Assembly (NCBI GenBank): GCA_032718475.1
Contig: JAUCBJ010006943.1
Coordinates: forward strand, 1-64,000
Direction: 5' to 3'
DNA from: Nemertoderma westbladi
Taxonomy: Eukaryota > Animalia > Xenacoelomorpha
DNA length: 64,000 nucleotides
This document shows positions 1 to 13,477 of this stretch, piece after piece (the first letter of the stretch is position 1; the number at the start of each line of letters is the position of its first letter). The notes beneath the pieces are model-generated. The model did no database searches and was not told where the DNA came from. It was given only the letters and a program-made list of their open reading frames with translations. The position numbers and the translations under genes are program-made.

Positions 1-570
1 ATGGATCTAATAAGATCCATATCTCTCCGTCGGATGTCAAATTGGCTATAGGTCAGCTGAAATGTGGTAAGAATTGTGGTCCTGATATAATATTACACCA
101 GAATCATACATACGTGCTTGTGATAGTTTAGCTATTTATTTAACTCTTATTTTTCATAGTTTCTTAAGCCACGACTACTTACTTAAGTTGTTTACATCAG
201 CGTGTATCACACCAGTTGTTAAGGATAAAAACAGTAGCTTAAATGATGATTGTAATTATCGGCCAATATCCAATAACGAAATCGAATATCTGTACAATGA
301 TTTTTGAGTTGTGTTTCTTAGAATACAAAACAATTGTGCAAGGTTGACTAATAATCAATTTGGTTTTCTGAAGAATTTAGGAATGGAAGCTTGTATTTTT
401 ACTTTAAAGCAAACTGTTAAATTTTTTATTAGTAGGGATACTCCGGTCTATGCTGCATTCTTAGATGCTTCTAAAGCTTTCGATCGTGTCAATCATTGTA
501 ATTTTTCCTTAAACTATTAGCTATTAATGTACCCATTTGTATAGTTCGTATTTTATCAGTTTGGTATAGG
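1..570 (+). pseudogene. Degraded non-LTR retrotransposon RT fragment
   Basis: NYRPIS-like motif near 255-270; ORF 311-520 has NQFGF and AAFLDASKAFDRVNH (RT domains); frameshifted. Confidence 0.8.
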
Positions 571-1229
571 GATAGGTCTAATTAAGGACAATACTGTTGT
601 ATTGAGGACAACAGTCAAAAAGACCTACCAACAGTCAGAAAAACTCACCAACAGTCAAGGGCTTCAAAAAATTCCGATAATCTAAAGGGGGTTCCTTAAG
701 TTCGAAATAATCAAAATCATATCAGCTGATATCCGTAACTAAGGAAATTACGTCATTCTGTACTGTACCATACAGCAGTAGGCCTACCGAACCGATACAG
801 GTGTTATCACAGTACTGGTAGGTTATAATTACCAGTATGGAATCCGGGAATGGAAAGGACGACGTTGGTCTAGTTTAGTTTGTGGTACAGACACAAGTCA
901 AAACACTTTAGGGATTAAATTGCGACAGACTGGGTGCATGTAAAGAGCGGACTGCGGACTACGGACTGCGGATTGTCAATTAAAAGCCAAAATATGCGTG
1001 GTCGATTTGAATTTATAGCATTATAATGTAAGAATCCGCTCTTTGTTGTCTGGACAAAGGGCGGAATGAAGCCAGAAAATTGTAACCTGATTGGCTCAAT
1101 CATTTGCATAGGCCCAAAGGGAACTTTCCTGATTCCTCTTATTGGCTTAAATGTTTTCATTGTGACACATACTGACATAGAGATGGCAGGATACAGGATG
1201 GAAACACAAACAATATTCCAACATTACTA

Positions 1230-1560
1230 CAGTTTAAAAATATCATTAATCTCATCTATATTTTCTCTGGGAGAAGGGACAGAATTAAATATATAACTGT
1301 ATTTATTTTTAAACATATTATTAGAAATGGAATCTGGAACATTGACCGATCCAATGGTCGATTTGGGAGCACATCGCTTATTGGTACGCCTTTTAACTTT
1401 ATCCCAAAAATCTTTATTTACTTTAATAAAAGAGTTTACCAGACAATATGTGTTGTGGCGGCCAGACATTCACACTCGGCTGCTTGATAGGGATGTTACA
1501 GTATTTATTACAACTTGCCTGCCACTTAGTTCACGTTTAATAGTTTGTAATTATATACCA
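1230..1560 (-). pseudogene. Non-LTR retrotransposon EN-RT linker fragment
   Basis: ORF 1227-1469 has KDFWDKVK...I.N.F...Y..IFNSV, resembling the LINE ORF2 linker. Confidence 0.45.
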
Positions 1561-1659
1561 TGTTGTCATCTCCATTGCAAGTAATAACATAAGAATTAGA
1601 AGGACTAATTAATTATTCTTTACCAGTATAATTTAATAGGCAAAATCAAGTAGGTTTAG

Positions 1660-2920
1660 AATGCAGAAATATTACCACATGCGCTGCGCAATAAGTCTAC
1701 GGAAAGCTAAAAGAAATGACTCAGTATCCATTGAGTACACCATCTCAAGGTGAATGAATACTCCTAGTAGTCAAACATTTAGCCAAGATAACCCATCTAT
1801 TCAAAGTTCGATGTAGGTACTTGACATAAAGAGGGCCAAAAAAATCCAACCCCAAATTCACAAATTCACAAAGGGAAAGGTAGTTGGTCCTAAACAGGTT
1901 TGGGGAAGCGCAGCCATCATGGTTGGAGAGGGCTTGGCCCTACATTTCTTACAATAACCACATCTATAGATGATTTTCTCCTTAATTTTGGAATCCAGAA
2001 AAGCTGTCGCAGTTCATTTAATGTTTGACTTTCACCTTGGTGAAAGACACATGAGTGAATGTCAGTAACAATGAGTTGTGTAAAGTATGCCTCATTTGGT
2101 AAAATAATAGGGTGACGGGAGGTAATTAGTAAGTATGCCTTCCGTATCCAACCTCCAACCAACAATACTCCAGCTTCACTTAATATAGGATGTAAACATA
2201 ACAAAGAGCTGTTTGTGTCCAATGGATTGTTATTCGGAAGAGCTTTAATATCCGATGAATAATAGTACCTTTGGACAACCTTAATGAGGAAGTATAACGA
2301 TAGCCTGAGCTCAGATACAGATAAGAATGATATAAACTTATCCTTCCTACAGCAATTCTCAAGGAATCGTCGAACCCAGGCAGTCATACGTTGGAATTTC
2401 CATAATTTTTAGTATTTGGATATTTTGTCCATAAATAAATTAATATTACCAACATCTTTCACAACTGTAAATACATTCTTCACTTCATACACCTTATCCG
2501 TAGGGTCAGGTTCTTTAATTACAATATCTGAGTTTGGCCACTCATTCTCAGAAAGACGAAGGAAGTGAGTGCTCAGAAACCAAATATGCTGATTGTCAAT
2601 CTGTGATGGCAAAAGACCACAACTACAGTGATCTGCAGGGTTGTCTGAAGTAGAAACATGCAACCATTGCTGTAGTGTAGTAGTTTCTAAAATCTCCCCC
2701 ACTCTATATGCAACAAAGGTCTGAAAGCAACATATTTTGGATTTGATCCACCGTAGGGCAGTAGTGAAATCACTCCAAAAGAAACACCTTCCAATAACTA
2801 ACCTCAGTTGTAACTTCACAAACTCAGCAAGCCGTGATCCAATGACTGCCCCTTGAAGCTCCTTCCAAGGAACACTCAAGAAGCATACAGGCGCTACCAT
2901 TGCGTTGAAGTCAACAAACA
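1660..2920 (-). pseudogene. BEL/Pao LTR retrotransposon pol fragment (RNase H to integrase)
   Basis: ELQGAVIGSRL, FWSD..TALRWI, FVAYRVGEI, W.HV....NPADH.S, HPIILP, H..H..T..ELRQ.FWI, then LDFFGPLYVK and IHLEMV..MDTESFLLAFRR (integrase) toward 1700; disrupted. Confidence 0.88.
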
Positions 2921-3189
2921 AACAAACAAACTATCTATTATATATTTACATACTGTATGATTAACATAATAATAATTAACATAACATATTGTTATAACTG
3001 TATAACTTATGAGTAATTATATTTAGGATATGAAGATGAGGAGAGTGATGATATTGAAAGTGGAAGTGATAGTGATGATGATTACCAGTTGGGGTCCGAC
3101 TATATTCAGAATTCGGATTGTGACATCAGTGATGACGAGGCCCTACATGAGATTGAACGACCTGGACGAGTTGAACTACCGGAAAATAT

Positions 3190-3326
3190 CGAACTACCGG
3201 AACTCGTTGAAATACCAGAACTCGTTGAAGTACCAGAACTCGTTGAAATACCAGAACTCATTGAAATACCAGAACTCGTTGAAGTACCAGAACTCGTTGA
3301 AGTACCAGAACTCGTTGAAGTACCAA
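3190..3326 (+). repeat. 18-bp coding minisatellite (ELVE[I/V]P)n in the piggyBac N-terminus
   Basis: GAACTCGTTGAA(A/G)TACCA repeated about 8 times. Confidence 0.9.
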
Positions 3327-4252
3327 AATGAAGTCATCCAAAACGAAGTTTACATCTACTTTCCGAAGAATATCGCCATTCAAAAGGCAAGCGTGCTGTC
3401 TGTTCCCTAGATAGCGCCTTGAACATTGACAATTATAAACCATTAATAATACAGGAGGACGATTTAGAGATAATGTTGCATTTAGACAAAGATGCAAAAA
3501 TAACTTGTAGTGGTAAACAACCACCCGTTTCAGGCCGTCGTTCTCAGGCCGATGTAATTAAAGGAACTCCGTTAGCTGTGGTTACAAAGGAGGGTAAGGC
3601 TGCCAAGGATATAGTTAGTGCCTTTGAGTTATTTATTTCACCAAACATCCTCAATCATATCGTTCAATGCACCAACAAGAGGATTGAATATATAGACCAA
3701 GTATTTCCATTGACCAATATACAGAAATACCATAGTGGTAGTATTCGCAGGAACATTGATGTTATGGAATTAAAAGCCTTCATTGGATTACTGTATTTCC
3801 GAGGATTGCTGGGTGTAAACCTACATGACGTAAGTTTATTATTCAAGGACGGTGTAGGCCACCCTGTTTTTGGAGCCACAATGGCGAGAAATAGATTCTC
3901 GTTTATTCATTCTATCATATGTTTTGATAATGATGATACACAGGGAGAGATATGGCAATACGACCGGTTTGCAGCATATCGTCCAGTCCATGAACTGTTC
4001 AATGATAATTGCGTAAAGCATGTCAACCCATCCGAGTACTTGTCCTTTGATGAAACGTTGTATCCAATGAGGTAAGTTATATTATGTGTATATACTGAAT
4101 CAATGATTATACAAAATATTCAACGGGGGTGTGTTTTGGTTGGAATTCCTTCCAACCCGCAGATAAATCCGTAAACCGCGGGGTGGAGAAGGAGGAGGGC
4201 GGGGGGGGGGGGGGGTCATTCCTTATACAAAGTTAATCGAATTGTATTAATA

Positions 4253-6076
4253 TGATGCTGACGACAGCAGGCAATCATCCCAGGCATGGAAATCGATCAA
4301 TCTGCTTACTGGGCGGAAAAACCAACCAACCACCAAGGTTAAGGCTGAATCACCAGCCGATCGCCTCAATGGTTGGAAAGCCCACTTTGAAAAGCTCCTC
4401 AATAATGACAGGGTATTGCCTGATAACTTTATAGAAGTAAAAGTGTCTGAGTCTGTACTCCCAGATATTCCCATTGGCGATATCTCCTTTGCAGAAGTGA
4501 AGGCTGCTGCAAAGAGCATTAAGACCAATCGTGCCAGTGGAGTAGATGGTGTTCCCCCTGAGGTCTTTAAAATACCTGAGTGTTTAAAGCTCATCTATCC
4601 CATCATAGTAGACATGTACCGTACAACAAGAGTCCCACAAGAAATGAAAACAAATAAGTTGGTGCCAGTTCCCAAGAAGGGCAACCTAACACTCTATGGT
4701 TCTTTTCGGGGAATCTCATTGATCTCGATTGCTGCAAAACTATACAATAGAATTCTATTAAATCGCATCAGGGATCCCATTGAGAGACAGCTACGTGGAA
4801 ATCAGAATGGGTTCCGTAAAGGTCGTGGGACCATGGAGCCCATTTTGGCACTTAGAAGGATAATTGAAGAGTTATCAAAAAAGAAAGACAGGCATCTGGC
4901 TGTTATCTTTGTTGACTTCTTCAAGGCCTTTGATTCAGTCTCTCGCTCACGTATGTTCAGCATACTTTCATTATATGGGATTCCTGATGAAATTATTGCA
5001 GCAATCAGATCTGTATACGATGGTTAGACAACATTCGCGTCTACTGTTGACGGTGACACAGAACCATTTGAAGTGTTATGGGGCGTCCTCCAATGAGACA
5101 CACTTGAACCATTCTTGTTCATTATTGTGGTTGACTATGTTCTACGCATGTCCTTAGATCATCATAATGATGATGGGGTGATGATAACTCCACCTACTGG
5201 CTCCAGAAGTCGAGGAAATCCTGCCAAGTACCTAACTGATCTAGACTTTGCTGATGACTTAGGAGTACTCTCAGAATCATTAGAGGGAGCCCAACGGCTC
5301 CTCAGCTCATTAGAACATGCTGCTTCTAGTGTTGGTCTTTTTATTAACTCCAGAAAGACCAAAATTCTGACAGTTAACTTTGAAAGTCCTCAGCAAGTCT
5401 CTGATCGGATGAGCATAAGCTCAAAGGATGGTATGCTTGAGCATGTGGACGACTTCTGTTACCTGGGATCATGGATCCGGAAGTCAGGTGAGGACCTTCG
5501 AATACGTAAGGGAAAGGCATGGGCAGCCTTGAATAGGCTTTCCAGGATTTGGAAGTCACCTAGAATTAATCGGAAACTTAAGGTCCGATTATTTAGAGCA
5601 GCAGTAGTTCCAGTACTCCTCTACGGGAGTCCATGCTGGGCTCTAACTGCTGAGGACACCAAATCTCTGGATGGCACATTCACAAGAATGCTACGCCGGG
5701 TACATTGGGTCAAGTACAATGCACACATCTCCAACCAGACACTATATAACATTGGAGGTGTCTCATTGGTTCCCCCAAGCTTGACACTAGAACAAAATCG
5801 CCTCCGCTTTGCAGGACATTGCTTTCGCCGTGAGGACCAGCCAGTGCATAATCTTGTACTTTGGCAGCCTCATGGAGTGAATAAGCATGGTGGACAGCCC
5901 ATGACTTTCTTGAGACGCATCTTAAAGGACACTGGCCTTAAAGATGCGGATGATCTAGCAAATGTCATGGGTGATAGGGAGTTGTGGCGGTGCAATTTTG
6001 TTGACAAGCCGGCACAGCATTCTTAAAAATGCAGCTGCAATGCAGCATGCCGATCCTAGTAGTAGTAGTAGTAGTA
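4253..6076 (+). mobile_element. 5'-truncated RTE-clade LINE (RT pseudogene) in a piggyBac intron
   Basis: RGISL, NQNGFRKGR, FVDFFKAFDSV, DLDFADD, YLGS; (TAG)n tail 6057-6076; 41-bp TSD 4212-4252 / 6077-6117 (1 mismatch); in-frame stops. Confidence 0.93.
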
Positions 6077-6527
6077 GGGGTCATTCCTTATTCAAAGTTA
6101 ATCGAATTGTATTAATAATATCACATACCGTAAACATTGCAGTTATTCTTGTTATAAATTTATTTAATTTAAATTGTTAAGGACAGGATCAGGTTCAGGT
6201 TACAGTAACAGTATTTTCTAACAAAACAATAAGCGAAAAGTTCTTTCACTTGCCTCAATATCCGCTACTTATAGCTATAATCAGCACAATTTATTGCAAG
6301 CTAACGCGAGGCAATACTGTATCCAACCATGCCTAGCAAGTAGGCTGGGTGTGTGTGTGTACCCACTAACAATGTAACCGAGTGTGAGTATATTAATAAG
6401 TATATAAAGTAGTTAAACCTCTTTATTTCTTTTCAATTTCAATTATTTGTGTTTCATTATTACACTTATTCACAAAATGTTTTAGGCATGCTATATCATC
6501 TTTAAAGACATATATAAAGACGAAACC

Positions 6528-7176
6528 TGTTACAGGATCAGAGATCCCGACCGGGTTGGTTGTTTTGTACGCGTCACCGCAGGCTGGGATGGTGTCACTG
6601 ATAGCTTGGCCGAGGCCGTTGGAGAAAAGCGTTCAGAGTTAATGTTGTTCCTTGGCGTTGTAATATAATAATAATAGCACAGTTAATACGATGGCGGATG
6701 ACAATATTGCTTCATACCGGTAATAGATTGATATACAGCCGATGTTGACTGACGGTAAAACAATATTACCGGTCTGCACTGAAACTGGGTAACTAACTAA
6801 ACTGAATCACAAACCGGTAGCAGGAGATAATATATGATTGATATACCAATATTACTTCACTCCTACTGCTACCTTGGCCTGTTACCTAATGGATGCTCTC
6901 CTTTGCCCTTATTGGCTAATACCCTACTTGTCGCCCTTTCACTCTCTGGGAGTGTTTCCCCTCTGCTGCTAGCCTCTGCTAGCTGTGTCCCCTCCGAGGT
7001 GGTTTGACCTCTAACCTTCCTTTGTGTGTGGCTTCGGGGCTTGTGTTGCCCCCCTCCCCCAAATGTTGGTTGTGATACGAGATTAATATTGCTAATCTCG
7101 TATCTCCAACATATTGCTGAAAATGCCACCATCCCATTTTCTGGTGGGTAATGAGGCGGAATTGAATCCGCTTACA
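6528..7176 (-). repeat. 3' LTR of the BEL element
   Basis: TGTTAC...CTTACA; near-identical to 13478-14262; adjacent GGGGGGGAG polypurine tract on the minus strand. Confidence 0.93.
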
Positions 7177-7859
7177 CTCCCCCCCATGCTATCTTCCCGG
7201 TGAGAAGATAGCATCATACTACAAGTGCGCTTCAATTCCGCTGGAACCCGATCTACTATCGGGTGTGGGGTGGAGTTCTTTTCTCGGAGTCGGCTTTCCA
7301 GGCCGCTCCCTCTGGGTATGATATTGCTACCCCTTCTTGGTGCAATCGCAACCTATGTTGCACCAAGACATCTGACGTCTCTGTTCGAGACAATTGTGGA
7401 CTCTTCACACAATTTTCAAAAACTCTCACTCCTAATCTTACTCTAACCTCTCTCTCCCTTACTCTTCCTCTCTCCCTGCTCGCTCCCCACACTTGAATCG
7501 CACTCCTCTCACTTCCTCACGCGCCAACACCTCCTCTCCATACTTCCCTCGTACTCTCTCACTCCCTCGGGACTTACCCCAGTCCATCGGCTTGTGGAAG
7601 ACAAGCCTCATGAGCTGGCCCCATCGCCACTGCTTCGCAATGTCCCATGCCCGCTCCGTGCTCCCCCCGGAACTTGCCCCAGTCCATCGGCTTGTGGCAG
7701 ACAAGGCCCATGAGCTGGCCCATCCCACTGCTTCACAATGTCCTGTGTTCTCTACCACTCCCAAAGTGCCAGTTTTCCTTAGTCTTACCCCTGTCTGTGC
7801 TATTATCCTATCTACCTCGCTACTTACTTCTTACCCTTCTACTTACTATTAACTCTCTT

Positions 7860-8490
7860 ACTACTAACTCTATTAACTCTACTAACGGTACTATGTACCC
7901 TAATACTGCTACTACCTACATAATCTACTACCTAATACCTACATACCACACCCTTCACTCTCTTACTACGTGGCGCTTTCGGTGCCCACAACCTCTGCAC
8001 TACTTCTATGGTATACCTACATACCATACCCTCTACTCTCTTCCTACGTGGCGCTTTCGGTGCCCACAACCCCTCTGCTACTACTTCTCATGGTATATCT
8101 ACATACCACACTCCCTCTCTTTCTACGTGGCGCTTTCGGTGCCCACAACCTCTAACTCTCTCGGTACTATGTACCCTGCTACTCCGGTACTATGTACCCT
8201 GCTACTACTCGTGGTATGTCAATATACCACACTCCCTATCTTCTGCCTACTTCTAACTCTAACGGTACTATGTACCCTCCTACTCCCGTGGTATGTTTAT
8301 ATACCACACTCCCTAATTTCTGCCTACTTCTAACTCTAACGGTACTACGTACCCTCCTACTCCCGTGGTATGTTTATATACCACACTCCCTAATTTCTGC
8401 CTACTTCTAACTCTAACGGTACTATGTACCCTCCTACTCCCGTGGTATGTTTATATACCACACTCCCTAATTTCTGCCTACTTCTAACTC
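7860..8490. repeat. ~78-bp tandem array of hairpin-containing units in the BEL 3' region
   Basis: GTGGCGCTTTCGGTGCCCAC at 7970, 8048, 8127; later units contain GGTACTATGTACC and GTGGTATGTTTATATACCAC. Confidence 0.85.
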
Positions 8491-9082
8491 CTCCTCTTAC
8501 TCTTACTAACTTCTACTAACTTTCTTACTACTACTTACTATCTAACTATCTACTAACTTTCTAACTTTCTAACTATCTCACTTACTTATTTTATTATTTT
8601 CTTATTATTATTATTTTATTTATTTATATTTTGTGTGGGAAGGGCGTCTCGCCCTCATTCCCACCCCCCTCAGTCCAACATATTGGACGACTAAACTTCA
8701 AGGTGCCCACTTCTTCCAGCAGGCACTCTCCCACTGCCCCCTGTAGGTCCTCTTATGCTTCGCCACACTCTCCTTGCCACTTCCAACTCTCTAGGAATTG
8801 ATTCTCCCTCCTCCACCACCCTAAAATCGGGTCTTCCAGTCGCCTTCTTGATTTCCTCATGGTCCCCTGGCAGCAAAATGCCACCCTTCATCTTGTCGTC
8901 ACCTGGCGGTAGAATGAAAAGAAATCGAAAGAATAGATAGAACAGAATGGATAATACTAATCCTATCCCTTTCCACCCTGTCTTCTTATTTGACCTCCCC
9001 CTTTTCGGTATGCCTCTCAACCGGACCGGCGTCTCCTCCGGACACTTCTCCGGACATCTCGCCGTCCACTCTTCTCCATTCC

Positions 9083-9958
9083 TCATACCGATACTTGCCG
9101 GGAACATCCTTGTTCCATCCCATCGTCTCTAAGTCTTCCGCGTCGAATCCATTCTCCTCCCGTCCACTCTCTTGCTGTTACTTCCCCTCCTAACTTATCT
9201 ACCGACGGTATTTCTCTGGAACTATCCTCTATCCTTTCACCACGCTCCACTATGCGTGGTTCCAGATCCATACCCAACTCCTGGTATCCTTCCCCAGGCC
9301 GCTTCTCACATGGGACCTCCCCATTGCCCGTCTCTGGTTTCTCCTCTACGTCCTTAACGGTGCCTGATAGCATGCACCCTGATGTCTCCGACACCCTGAA
9401 TGGAATCTTGGTTTTAATTGGGCCGCTAAGCGTCCATCCGAACGGCGTGAGAATCGCCGTCGGATCCCGCTGCTTATTCTCTCCGAATATGGTCCTTACT
9501 CTCTCGTGGGCCGTCGGACAATCCATTCCGACTATGATGGATACCTTCGAGACGTCCACTTTCGGTATTGAGAAATCGATATCGTCCAGGAACCGGTATT
9601 GCTCGACCTCGATCTCAGTTGGTCGCCTGGCATTTATATTGATCGATTCTATTATCTGAATGGGGTCGATGGTCGCCCCATAGTCACATCCAGGTGCTAT
9701 TGCTGATATCTTGCACCGTCCCGTCCTCATCTCCAGGACCTCATCCTTACTCGAGATAGTAGTTACCGCCATCCTACTCGGCCTCGTCTGTAACCCTATC
9801 TCCTCGGCCACCAAATTCTCCACCAGCGTGAAGGCTGCTCCGCTGTCGACCAGCATCAATGTTGTGACTGATCGGCCGCCCTTTCCTGTTATCCTCACTG
9901 GTACTACCCCGAGTAGTACTTTCCTCTTTCTTCTTGCTCCCGTCGTGCTCGTAGCCAT
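9083..9958 (-). pseudogene. BEL/Pao aspartic protease region
   Basis: VLLGVVPVRI, LVDSGA active site, IIVGMD, P.A..TPFGWTLSGP; decays into RT N-terminal remnants below ~9300. Confidence 0.85.
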
Positions 9959-10827
9959 GGTTTGGCCTCCAGTCTCATCGTCTTGGCCCGACTCCCAACT
10001 AACTGTGGACTAGCAGTCCGCTGTGTGGCCGCATATGGTAGTGACTGTCTCACTTTTGGGAATGGATCTGCCGGATTATGTTCGGGTTTAGGCCTGTTGT
10101 ATTCGGTCTTCGGTGCCTTCCCCAAACTATCCTCACTGTAGACTGGGTCTGTAATCAACTCTGCTTCGTAATTTAGGAAGTTCGACATTTCCTCTAGGCC
10201 CGGTTCCGCACCTTTCTTCTCCCGGGTGGAGAAGGCGATCTTCCTCCACTTGTTCCGTAGCCAGATCGGCAGTGCCTGCGCTATCGTGGTGATGTTATTC
10301 GATGCGTTGAGTTCGTATGGCGCATCTAGCTTCTTCAGCACGATTAATGCCTTCTCGACCTTATGCGCGAAGGTCTTTATACTAAAAGGGTTATCCTGTA
10401 GGCCACCCGATATTATTCCCCTCAGGGTCTGCCGGATGATCTTGGCTGGGTGTCCGTATTCCCTGTCTAGGGCACGCCATGCAGTCGTGAAGCCACCCTC
10501 GATGCCCTGATACTGCCTCACGATATCGTACGCTGGGCCTCCTGTGTATACCTGTAAATATTTTAGGCACTCCGCCTGCGTCAGATTCATAGTTAATATT
10601 TCGTTGCTGTACATGTGTTGGAATTGCAGGTATTCTTCCGGTCTGCTTCCGTCGAATTTAAATGGCTCAACTGGTGGTAACTCGATCCTGGTCTTGAGCG
10701 TATCGATAAGTGTTGCCATTCCCATCGCCTGTGCTTCCAATGGGTTCGAGGGATGCTGTACAGACTCTCCTATTGGGTACGGTCCACCCGTCGGGCCTGT
10801 CGATCTTTTCTGTGTCGGATATATCAT
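9904..10827 (-). pseudogene. BEL/Pao gag (DUF1759-like) region
   Basis: LPPVEPFKFDG..EEY..F, L.YL..YT.G.A, AW..L.REYGHP, LP..LR.KW; frameshifted before the zinc knuckles. Confidence 0.85.
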
Positions 10828-13477
10828 TGGGGGTAACGGCCCCCTCCATATCTCCGTGTCACATGACCTATTCTGGTCCAGGGGGTTTTATCTGCAATAA
10901 CTCCCCCCTCCCCTGGATATATGTTATGTCCCTGTATATTATAGTCATACTGGTGTGCAGGTACCAGTATAGGCCTATCGACTTCCTGCCTACCTACCGG
11001 TATGTACGCCGCGACTTCCGGATCTAATCCCATTGTTCGCGCTCCCCTATCGCCTACACTATCTCTCCCAGCATGGCCTATAGTATGTGCAGTAAGGCCT
11101 ACAGTATGTCCTGCAGTCTGCCTGTGCCCTTCCGGACCGAAGTTTAATCTTCTTGAATATTCCAAGAAGTCTTCCCCATGACTACCGTACTCTCGATCGG
11201 CAGCTATATCCTGTCGGGAAGTTTCTCTTCGATCCCTTCTCCTGTTCTTGTCCTCGTACCGGTACATTCTGTACCCTTCTCCTGGTGTGTGGTGCGTCTC
11301 TCCGGGGCCACGGCAATCTCCCGGAGTTCGACCCCACTGCCTCCCTAACTCCATCTCTACTACCGACAGTTCACTGTCCGTCCTTGCTCTCCGGTTGCTC
11401 GTAGCAACGCTTCTTCTATTCTCTCCACGCTCTTGTGATCTCTCTTCGACCTCCCGGTTAAACTCCACTGTTCTTCTTCTCTCTTCCGACTGACATCTTC
11501 TCGCTCGCCCGCTCCCAGCATCAACATCGCACTCTGCCCGGTTGGACGCTCCTGGTGATACTCGCCCTCCCCCTACTATTCTCCGTCGTTGGGTGCCGCG
11601 GTTCATCTCACTCGCCCCGCGCATTATCTGCCGATGCTTGTGGGGCGTTCTCTCGCCCCCCCCCCCCCTCCCCATTCGCCACTTCTTACTTCACTACCTC
11701 TTACTTCGCTTCTACGCCCCTCTCTAGTGGACGCATTGTCTCTGCTCCGGTTGGGTCTACTCCCCCCCGCTACTCGCTGCCTAATCATGTGGCCTTGCAG
11801 GCTCCCGTCGGGTTGCCTCCCTCCCGCTACTCCTTGCCTAACTACGTGGCCTTACTTCACTACCTCCTACTTCGCTTCTACGCCCCTCTCTAGTCGACGC
11901 ACTATCTCTACTGTGGCTGGGTCTATTCACCCCCGCCTCTCTTTGAATTACTTTGTATATTTAAGTTAGGATTATTTGGATTATTTTGTATATTTGGATT
12001 TAAATTATTATTACCGGGTAAAACATTATTTCCTGCAATGAAAGTTTGGTTAGGGTTGTCTACTACGATACTATTAATATTAATGCCCTCTAACGTATTA
12101 TTATTACCCCCCCCCCCCCCCACCCGTACGGTTACACCAGTCTTGGGTCTGTCGTCCGGTGCCTGTAAGTGGGGTATTAACGAACGTCTCCATTACTTCT
12201 GGCTCCTCGTAAATGCTACCCGAGCCAGCCTCACTCTCGGTTAGTCCCAACTGCGCCAGTTCTAATCGGCGCTTTTGCTTAGCCTGATATTGCATAAGCC
12301 CCCTCAACCGGGCATGCATATCATCCCGCACGCGCTTTCCCGCATTCTCTCTCTCTCTCTGTCCTCTCGCAAACTTTGGTCGGCCAACTCTGCCTCTCTC
12401 GCAATCCTCTCAAACCTCCTCGCCTCACGCTCTTTACGCTCGTTCGCCTCTCTCGCCTCTCGCTCCCTTATTTCTCTCTCCTCACTCTCTCTAAAGTTTC
12501 TCGCCACCCTTTTGGCCCTCTCTTTACACTCCCTCGCTAACTCTCTCTTTTTCTCTAACAACACAGTTCCCTCATCCAACTGCCTCTCTAATTCTTTCTT
12601 GTCTAGCACCACCATGTCCAATTGACACGCCAGATCTATCTCTAACACCCTTCTTGCTTTCGCGGAGGGTGTAGCGGACTTATCGGTTGTGACGGACTCC
12701 CGTCGCCTCTCTGTCCTACTAACTTTCCCCCGCTTTCTGGGGTTCTCTCTAACCGACGAGACCGAATCCTCGGGGTTAACCTCGGGTTCGCCCTCTTGCG
12801 GATCCGCTCAATCCACTAACTTAATTCCCCTAGCATCCACTAAGTACGGCCCTACGTACACTACTTCAGGCTCCATAACCCCGGATCGCCACAGTTAGAA
12901 TAGTTCGGTGGCGACCCCCCTCGCTCTCTCACTCGCCAGTTCTCCCTGTCCAAAACGGACTAAATATCGGAAATGTTTGTTAGACTCACCTAGCCTTTGG
13001 TGTAATTTAGGCTGGTCTACCTTTCCTCCCTCTCTGGCCTCCTTCAGCAGTTTCTTCGTGGCATTGTAGGCCCGTCGTAGCCGATCGCTTGTCCCGACAT
13101 CCTCTTCGCCAACATCTCCTCCTCCTCTCCTCGTTCGGCGTCGTACCGGCGGCCCCACCATCGCCGTTCCGGTGGGCCGTCCATCGCCCTCGGCCTGTGG
13201 CAGGCTGGCGACTTCGGTACTCCGACCACCGTCGTGCGTCGACTCGTCCCTCCCTCGTGGTTGACGGCCGCCCTCCGCTTGGCGTACCGGACCGTCCCTC
13301 GTTGGCGAATCCAGTGTCGCAGGTCGATACCGTCGCGTCGCAGCCTCATGGATCGTTTGGTTGGTGTTGTCCGGGGTCCGCGGCGGCGTCCTCTCTCCCT
13401 CTGATAATCGGGGTTCTCCTTGGCTCATCCTCTCCTCTTAGCAGTCACAGTTCGATGGCAGTTGGCTATTGTTTTAC

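Noticed and set aside
7860-8490. CRISPR-like array (palindromic repeats at regular spacing); also 43575-43745
   Set aside because: The intervening sequences are themselves repeated rather than unique spacers; eukaryotic TE context; no cas genes.
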